A DNA stretch of 64,000 nucleotides, taken from contig OX597825.1 of the NCBI GenBank assembly GCA_951406725.2, positions 45,446,001 through 45,510,000 on the forward strand, in the 5' to 3' direction. The translations under genes were made by a program, and so were the position numbers. The notes beneath the pieces are model-generated. The model was given only the letters and a program-made list of their open reading frames with translations, ran no database searches and had not been told where the DNA came from. This stretch comes from Octopus vulgaris (taxonomy: Eukaryota). Of the stretch, positions 49,568 to 64,000 are shown piece by piece (position 1 is the stretch's first letter; each line of letters starts with the position of its first letter).

Positions 49568-50585
49568 CTAGCAGTATCGCCCGGCGTTGCTCGGGTTTGT
49601 AAGGGAAATAACTATATAAGCATTTTTAGTGAGTTATAGCCAAAAAAATAGCAAAAAATGCATTAAAAATGGAATAAAAAATGATAGTAATTTTTTTTTT
49701 AAATCGTTGACTCATCGTAGACATTTTTAGAGAGTTACTTCCCTTATATAATAGCGAAAAATGCATTAAAATGGAATAAAAAATGATGGTAATTTTTTTT
49801 TTAATCGTTGACTCATCGTAGACATTTTTAGAGAGTTACTTCCCTTATATAATAGCAAAAAATGCATTAAAATGGAATAAAAAATGATGGTAAATTTTTT
49901 TTTAAATCGTAGACTCTTCGTAGACGCGCGCTAATACCCAGAAGGGCTCGATATGAATCACGACTATAAGATACCCGGTTTTGGTTACACTGCACCGCAA
50001 AATGTGGGAGTGGTTAGGAATCTAAATCGTAGGAGACAGACACACAACCTTACTTTTATATATAAAGACTAGCAGTATCGCCCGGCGTTGCTCGGGTTTG
50101 TAAGGGAAATAACTATATAAGCATTTTTAGAGAGTTATAGCAAAAAAATGCATTAAAAATGGAATAAAAAGTGATGGTAATTTTTTTTTAAATCGTTGAC
50201 TCAGTGTCTTCAAGCCATGAAGTCGTTGTTCTAAAAGAACGCTGGTCTCCTTGACAACGCTTTACGACGTTGATTTCCTTATACTCCCTTCCCCACAGCT
50301 TCACGAGGGAGAAGCAAACAGGTGCAGATGTGAGCGTGGACGCCAACTCCGCCGCCATCGACACACGAAAAATTATGCATTAAAATGGAATAAAAAATGA
50401 TGTTAAATTATTTTTAAAATCGTCGACTCATCGTAGACGCGCACTAATAGCCAGACGGGCTCAATATGAATCACGACTATAAGATACCCGAATTTGGTTA
50501 AACTGCACCGCAAAATGTGCGAGTAGTTAGGAATCTAAATCGAAGGGGACAGACACTCACACAACAACAGTTTTATATATATAGA
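49568..50585 (-). mobile_element. Two non-autonomous Helitrons in head-to-tail tandem (49568-50068, 50069-50585)
   Basis: Each has a 3' hairpin CCCGAGCAACGCCGGG plus CTAG and a 5' TC..TATATA. The junction reads CTAG|TC on the minus strand. Confidence 0.88.
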
Positions 50586-51580
50586 TATATTTTATATGTT
50601 ATATTTTCTTTTTTTATGTTTTTGTTTTTTCACTGTTTGATTTGCCTATTAGTGGTTTTATCTCTAATTTAATTTATACAGATATATATCTCATTTGTAT
50701 ACATTTGTATATATAATGCGTGCACACACACACACACACATATATATATATGCACATATATATATAATGTGTGCATTACGTAGTCGGTCGATTCAGCTGA
50801 AAATATGCACACCCATGTTAAAGGTGCTGACAAGTTTGCATGACAACTATTTTTTTCCTCAAATGAAAGGCGTCACCTCTAGGACAAAATTCCTCATCTT
50901 ATAAAATGTGGCCCCAGTAGACCTGAATGAAATCGGGTTATATTAACCAAAATGTGAAAAGGGGTCTAAATGGGGCTGGAAGGGGATTAAAATTTCTAGG
51001 AGTGGGTGTTTAGGAATTCTCTGTTACATCAAGCTAAAAAATTTGCGCCAGCCTTTTAATCGTCAATGTGTTGCCGTCCATGATAAAGAAGTTTTGAATG
51101 CTTGCCATGGTGAGTCTACTGTCGTGAGAAAGAATCACTTCAAAACTTGGTGTTTACGAATTTTCTTTTACATCAAGTTCAAAATTTTACGCCAGCCGTT
51201 AAACTGTCACAACGTTGCTGTCCGTCATTAACAAATGCCAGCCATGGTGACTCTACTATCCTCAGATTCTATCCCTTCAAACTTTGGTTTCCAATATTTT
51301 ATTATTTTTATTCAGCTCGCAAGTTCGTCTGTCCCTTTTAAATGTTAGCGTTTTGCTGTCTGCCTTGAAGCAGACCTTTCCATTGCCACTGCCTCATATT
51401 TCTGATTGATCTTTCTAAATATTTTATTTCTCAACTTACTCAAGATCTTCTGTTGTTTATAAATGGGAGAGAGATAGATAAAGATAGAGAGTAAGAGAAA
51501 GCGAGGGAGAGTCCGAGAGAAAGAAAAGTAAGAGAGTGGGAAAGTGAGAGAGAAAGGAGAGAGAAACAAATACGGAGAAT

Positions 51581-51893
51581 CATCATCATCATCATCATCG
51601 TTTAACGTCCGTTTTCCGTGCTAGCACGGGTTGGGCAGTGTGACCGGGGTCTCGGAAGCCAGGAGGTTGCACCAGGCTCCAGTCTGATCTGGCAGTGTTT
51701 CTACAGGTGGATGATCTTCCTAACGCCAACCACTCTGTGAGTGTAGTGAGTGCTTTTTTCGTGCCGCCAGCACTGTTGCGAGCGGGGCTCGCAGTGGCAA
51801 CGATCGGTTGGTGCTTTTTACGTGCCACCGGCACAGAAGCAAGTCAAGGCGGTGCTGCAATCGGCCACGTTCAGATGGTGCTTTTTACGTGCT
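51581..51893 (-). mobile_element. RTE 3' UTR fragment
   Basis: (CAT)nCGTTTAACGTCCGTTTTCC..., closely similar to 5210-5500. Confidence 0.82.
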
Positions 51894-54076
<2,183 letters not shown>

Positions 54077-54349
54077 AAAGACTTTAGCAGGACTAGAACT
54101 GTTTCATTCAAGAGAAATCTTCATGGAGGCTAGCTAATAATGAATTGTATTATATTTATACATTTAGGCAGGTTTAAAGGGGTGTTGGTAGAGGGGACTT
54201 TTTGGGGGGTAGGCATAGAGCAAATATCATATAGTGGTCAAGGAGTCAGTGTTAAATTAGATAGAAGAATAAATAAAAAAAATAAAAATATATATATATA
54301 TAAAAAAAGGGGGGAATAGAGTTTTAGGTAAATAAGGAAGTTCTCATAT

Positions 54350-57977
<3,628 letters not shown>

Positions 57978-58985
57978 ATATAAGCGTATATCCATATACC
58001 TAAAGTATGCAACGATAGCTACATCGAAGAAGTATTTGCAGAAAGAAAGACTATATTTCATATATTTATAAATATATATTTTTCGCTATATGATATATAT
58101 ACATACTGCGAATACACGTGTTAAAACGCACGTGTGTTACATCGAAGTGAATATTCTTCGTCTGTGAATCAACAAGACACAGATATATAGGATATATTCG
58201 ATGTATATCTGCGTGTTCTGAAAAATCTTGAATATATATTATATATAAATATATATACAGATGTATATTATATTCCTCAAACTGTTGCACGTGTCCCAGA
58301 TCGAAACTCAAATACAAAGTGCGCTTGGGGAATAAAAGGTCTGTCTTGTCTATCTATCTTCCTTTCTCATAAAAAGTCAATAAAATATATATCATTAGTG
58401 TTCTTTCAAACAGAAAATAATAATATATCTATGTTTTTCTCTGCTTAAATTCTGTAAAATCTCTATGTGTATGTATATTTGTGTGTTAAAAGTATAGTCA
58501 CAATTAGTTTTTATTTTAGAATACATTGTCTGTAGCGACAAATACATATTTTCTTTTCTCTTTTTCTCTGCTTAATTTCTGTAAAATCTCTTGGATTGTT
58601 TTCTTTCAGCTATTTCATTATTATTATTATTGTTTCTTTATATACTCACTTGGTACTACTGTTTATATATGTGCGTGTGCACACATGTGTATATGTGTGT
58701 ATGTGTATGTATGTATACGCGTGTGTGTGTGTGTACAAATAGCTTCGCTTAGAATTCTCCCCTCTCTCTCTCTCTCTGTCTGTCTCTTCAGTTTCTCTCA
58801 CTCACGCTTCTCCTTGTCTCTTCATAGCTCTCATTCTATCTTACTCCCCTCTTTCAAATATATAAATTCTCTCTATATTTCTTCCTTCTCTCCCTATCTC
58901 TTCAGTTTCTCTCCCGCTTCTCTTTGTCTCTCCATTACTCTCTTCTATCTCTTCAGTTTCTCTCCCGCTTCTCCTTGTCTCTCCA

Positions 58986-59283
58986 TTTCTCTCTTCTAAC
59001 TTACTCTCCTCTCTCGGATACATATAAGGACATAGACGCTTTCTCTCTCTTCCTTCAGCTCTCGGTCTCTCCTCTTCCTCTTCTCTCTTACTCTCAGCTC
59101 CCAATTTCTCCTTAAGTACATAGACGCTCCCTTTCTCTTCTAACTTACTCTCCTCTCTCGGATACATATAAGGACATAGACGCTTTCTCTCTCTTCCTTC
59201 AGCTCTCAGTCTCTCCTCTTCCTCTTCTCTCTTACTCTCGGCTCCCAATTTCTCCTTAAGTACATAGACGCTCCCTTTCTCTA
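58986..59283 (+). repeat. Two near-identical 144 bp tandem units in the LINE 5' UTR
   Basis: CTCTTCTAACTTACTCTCC... at 58991 and 59135. Confidence 0.88.
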
Positions 59284-59440
59284 CTTTCTCCCTACCCCCT
59301 ATTGCACTATTAGATTAATATAAATTAATATAATATAATATAATATAATTCCTCCCTTCCTCACAATCACAATCTCTTCCTCTCTCCTCCCTTCTCCCTT
59401 TTTCCCTCACAGCTTCTCTCTCTCTCCCCGCTACAACGGA

Positions 59441-60376
59441 ATGGACAACATGCAAAAATTAGAGGTGAATGCAAACACTGGCGTCAACAAAAGCCAGCGT
59501 AACTGGACGAAAGTAGAGCTGGAAGTTTTCATCAGAGGATGGAGCTCGGCCGACAGATCGCAACCAACTAAAAACATAGCGGCGACCCTGAAAAGCCATG
59601 GCTTTATGAGGACGTTGGCGCAAGTAGAGAGGAAGAAAAGAGAAGTCGAAAGGGCCTACACTCTCATTGCACCACACATGGCTTTGCTAAGCCAAGTCCT
59701 CAAGGTGGACAAAGACAAAGAGAGAGAGATGGAAACAGGAAACACCAACCACAGAGTGTCAAAAAATGACACGCCCACTGCCACAGTCGAAGAAGGCAAG
59801 CAGGGCAAACAACAGATAGGCGGCGATGGGGAAACAGAAAATAACCACCCGGATGAAAAGACCTATGCAGAAAGGAACCAGTGGACAACCGTCCAACGGA
59901 GGAAGAAAAAACAGAGAGGAACTGGGGACAAGAAAACCCAGATAACATGCAAATTCTTCCGGAATGGAACCTGCTGGCATGGAGAAACAGGGGAAGGATG
60001 CAGGTTCGCTCATCCCAGGCCCTATGGAAATTGCATCAAACCCACTCGACCAAAATGCCTTAACCAAAACCAGAACAAATACAAGCTGCCCCAGAAATAT
60101 GCAGACATAGTGCGTAATGCCCCAACAAGGAGAAGGCGCACATTTGCAGAGGAAATGCAGACGGCGGCAGCAGAACAAAGAAATTTTGTGGAAATGGCAG
60201 AGAAAATTGTGGGACAACTGGCCTGGATACATCGTCTTCAGAGCCAGGGGCACTCACAACAGCACTCAAGACCACCACAATCAAGGGACCCAGGGTGGCC
60301 ACCGCTGACGCCGGCCCAGGTGCCACACCGTCAGCCTTTATTGACACCCCGGGTGTCTCACCAGTGCTTCTGCTGA
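59441..60376 (+). CDS. LINE ORF1: Myb/SANT-like N-terminus and CCCH zinc finger
   Basis: Intact 311 aa ORF with RNWTKVELEVFIRGW...IAATLKSHGFMRTLAQVERK and CKFFRNGTCWHGETGEGCRFAH. Confidence 0.75.
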   Translation: MDNMQKLEVNANTGVNKSQRNWTKVELEVFIRGWSSADRSQPTKNIAATLKSHGFMRTLAQVERKKREVERAYTLIAPHMALLSQVLKVDKDKEREMETGNTNHRVSKNDTPTATVEEGKQGKQQIGGDGETENNHPDEKTYAERNQWTTVQRRKKKQRGTGDKKTQITCKFFRNGTCWHGETGEGCRFAHPRPYGNCIKPTRPKCLNQNQNKYKLPQKYADIVRNAPTRRRRTFAEEMQTAAAEQRNFVEMAEKIVGQLAWIHRLQSQGHSQQHSRPPQSRDPGWPPLTPAQVPHRQPLLTPRVSHQCFC

Positions 60377-63317
60377 ATGTCAGAGGTCTGGTGAAACCCA
60401 CTAATATGGGTAAAATTCCTTACCTTAGGGACTTGAGCACAAGCAACCATGCAATATGCATAGCGCTGACTGAAACGCACCTGTCAAGCAGTATAGCAGA
60501 TGCAGAAATACACATACCGAAGTATACTGTTTTTCGGTCGGACAGGAAGGAAAGAACTCATGGTGGGGTTGCCCTGTACGTCCGTGAAGATGTCACACCC
60601 ATAGTACTGTTGACACACTCAAACTCAGTCTGTGACACACTGATAGTACACATGAAACAACCGAAAATAGTAATATGTGTCACATATCGGCCACCAGACA
60701 CCCCTAGTCATGAAGGAGTGTTTGAAGATAGCCTCAGAAGAATAGAAGAAGTCCTGGACAAACTGGACCAGGGTAACACCATTCTACTGCTGGGAGATTT
60801 TAACCTTCCGAAAGTCAAATGGCCAGATGGCCATCTCCTCCCTGGAATGACATCACTTGAACAGAGACAGACAGAGTCCTTGTTGGCTCTCACACGCAAG
60901 TTTTTCATGGAGCAAGCAGTGCTTTGGCCAACAAGAGGTGAGAATGTCTTGGACCTCTGTTTCACAAGCAACCCGATGCTCATCCACAACATAATGGTAA
61001 CACCAACAATTCTCTCAGATCACAACTTAGTAGAGGTAATGATATATGGTATGAGAGAGTTAGTTGAGACGCAGCCATTAGAAAATACCACAGGCCTATC
61101 CAGTCTAAACTTCCATAAGGCAAACTGGAAGAAGATCAACGAAGAGATCCGAAAACATGACTGGAGTGACTTCATCACCACACAAGACACCAACACACAT
61201 TTCCAACATTTCATGACAACAATACAGAACATATGCCATAAGTTTGTCCCGGAGAAAAAAGCCAGCGGGCATAGGAACGTTATTCCCAGAGACAGGAAAA
61301 TACTTATGAGGCGAAGAGCTAAGCTCTCGAAGCAACTGAATGCACGGCAGAGAAACAATGAGGGACTCCACCTGAAACTTTTTGAAACGGAAACTGCACT
61401 CAAACTTTCCTATGAGAAGGAGAGGGCAGAGAGAGAAGCCAGGGCCATAGAGAATATTAAAACAAACCCTAAAGCCTTCTTTAAATTTGCGAAAGAAACC
61501 ACCTCGGTACACTGCAAGATTGGCCCACTCTTTGATAAAAAGGGCTCTCTAACTGAGGACCCCCAAGGGATAAGTGAAATACTAAAGGAACAGTATAAAA
61601 GTGTGTTCACATCCCCTCTGGGGCACATGCAAATCACAAACCCAGAAGTTTTCTTTGATGCCACAACACTCCAAAACCAAACAACAACCATCGACCACAT
61701 AGACATAACAGAGAGGGATGTAATATCTGCCATAGAAGAAATGAGAATAAACTCAGCTGCTGGACCAGATGGATTCCCAGCAGTCCTCCTAAAACATGCA
61801 GGCATGCCCTAGCGGGACCACTGAAGAAGCTCTTCAGTGGTTCCTTGGCTAACGGTAAACTGCCCAGGGCGCTAAAAGAAGGCACCATATGCCCTATCCA
61901 CAAAGGAGGGAGTAGAGCAGAGGCCAAAAACTACAGGCCAGTCTCCCTGACGTCACACATAAGTAAGGTCATGGAACGAATCATCAGAAAAAAACTGATC
62001 ACGTTCCTCGAAGAAACTAACCGTCTCACTGACACACAGCATGGCTTTCGCCCAGGAAGAAGCTGCCTTACGCAGCTGTTACAACACTACGACTGGGTAC
62101 TGAAACAACTACTGGATCGCTCACAGGTGGATGTGGTATATCTCGACTTTGCGAAGGCCTTTGACAAAGTCGACCACGGAGTGATATGTCACAAATTACT
62201 CAGACTCGGCATAACAGGAAAAGTAGGTGAGTGGATACATGACTTCCTGAAGGACAGAAGCCAGATGGTTGCAGCCAATGGAGCCCTCTCGGGAAAGACA
62301 CCAATAGCAAGCGGGGTGCCACAGGGCACAGTCTTGGGACCCTTGCTGTTTTTGGTGGCGCTCTCTGACATGCCCTTGGTAGCACAAACAACATCCCTCA
62401 CTAGCTATGCTGATGACACAAAGGTAGCACAGGCAATCAAAAACCCAGCTGATGCTGACCTTTTACAACAAGATCTGGATGCCATATACAAATGGGCTGA
62501 AGACAACAACATGCAATTTAATGCTGGTAAATTTCAAGCCTTACAATATCAAGCTGTAAACACATATACATTACAACACAACTATACTGGTCCAGGAGGG
62601 ATCGAAATCCCAGTATCGAAATCAATACGGGACCTGGGGATAGACATGAGTGACGATGCATCTTTTTCTTCACACATCGCGAAGGTGGCGACAATGTGCA
62701 GACGACTCACTGGCTGGATCCTGAGGACATTCCGGACAAGAGACTGCGAGACCATGTTGACACTATGGAGGACATTTGTCCTAAGCCGCCTGGACTACTG
62801 CTCCCAACTGTGGTCACCGCATAGTGTCAAACTAACCACAGAGCTTGAGACAATCCAAAGACATTTCACCAAGAGGATTTCCACCATGAAAGAAAAGAAC
62901 TATTGGGAGAGGCTTAGGGAACTCAATTTGTACTCCTTGGAACGAAGACGAGAGAGATATGCAGTGATATACATATGGAAAATCCTGGAGGGACTAGCAC
63001 CAAATTTTGGAATTGAGAGCTGTTCCAATCCCCGTACAGGACGTCACTGTGTGGTGCCAAAGGTCCCGTCTTCCACATCCAGGGTAAGGAGCAGATACTG
63101 TAATAGCCTGGGGTTCAGGGGCCCTCAGCTTTTCAACAAACTGCCAAGAAAACTAAGAGATCTACATGATGCGGATGTGGACATTTTCAAAAAACATCTA
63201 GACAAGCTGCTTTCCGGGATCCCAGATGAACCCACTGCAAGGTACGAAGGTAACCTAAGGGCAGCAGCTACAAACTCTCTCTTAGATCAGTGGCCAGCCA
63301 CGGCAAACTGGACTTAG
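60295..63317 (+). CDS. LINE ORF2 (APE + RT) with a single 1-nt frameshift at ~61791
   Basis: APE motifs [27 protein letters not shown]; RT motifs [33 protein letters not shown]; C-terminal PDEP...RAAATNSL. Confidence 0.9.
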
Positions 63318-63390
63318 AGAGGGTAGCAACAAGGGCGGTGCCCCAGCATGGCCTCAGCCGGATGGCTGAAACAAGTAAAAGAGTAAAAGA

Positions 63391-64000
<610 letters not shown>

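Noticed and set aside
54078-54135. Hammerhead-like ATGAAGA...GAAAC...GTC on the minus strand
   Set aside because: Position 3 does not pair with position 8 and stems I and II are poor; at most a decayed relic.

Overview
AT-rich, repeat-saturated eukaryotic (animal) DNA. The repeat types (RTE with (GAT)n tails, tRNA-SINE, Helitrons, huge (TA)n arrays) suggest a cephalopod such as Octopus, but this is inference. The only host gene I can support is the 5' part of an AAGAB (p34, alpha/gamma-adaptin-binding protein) homologue on +: coding exon 1 at 19304-19370 and exon 2 at 31766-31947 join in frame. Everything downstream is presumably its very large intron 2. The rest is transposable elements: RTE LINEs, two CR1-group LINEs (one nearly intact and full length), a near-intact 6.1 kb Rep/Helicase Helitron with non-autonomous partners, an internally deleted Gypsy, a mariner relic, MITE/foldback elements and a Penelope-like relic. 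The most notable signal is non-coding: five hammerhead-ribozyme (HHR) motifs in four small repeat families. Two otherwise dissimilar ~550 bp elements (15339-15888 and 36377-36934) share one architecture: a ~360 bp monomer, a ~70 bp direct repeat and a ~130 bp inverted copy. Each carries a minimal type I HHR with the compensatory U3-A8 core variant on top of a long rod-like hairpin, i.e. a candidate retrozyme-like system. Another family (2195-2330, 17692-17823) has an HHR with a ~85-90 nt insertion in stem II. All calls were made by eye, with no database searches.
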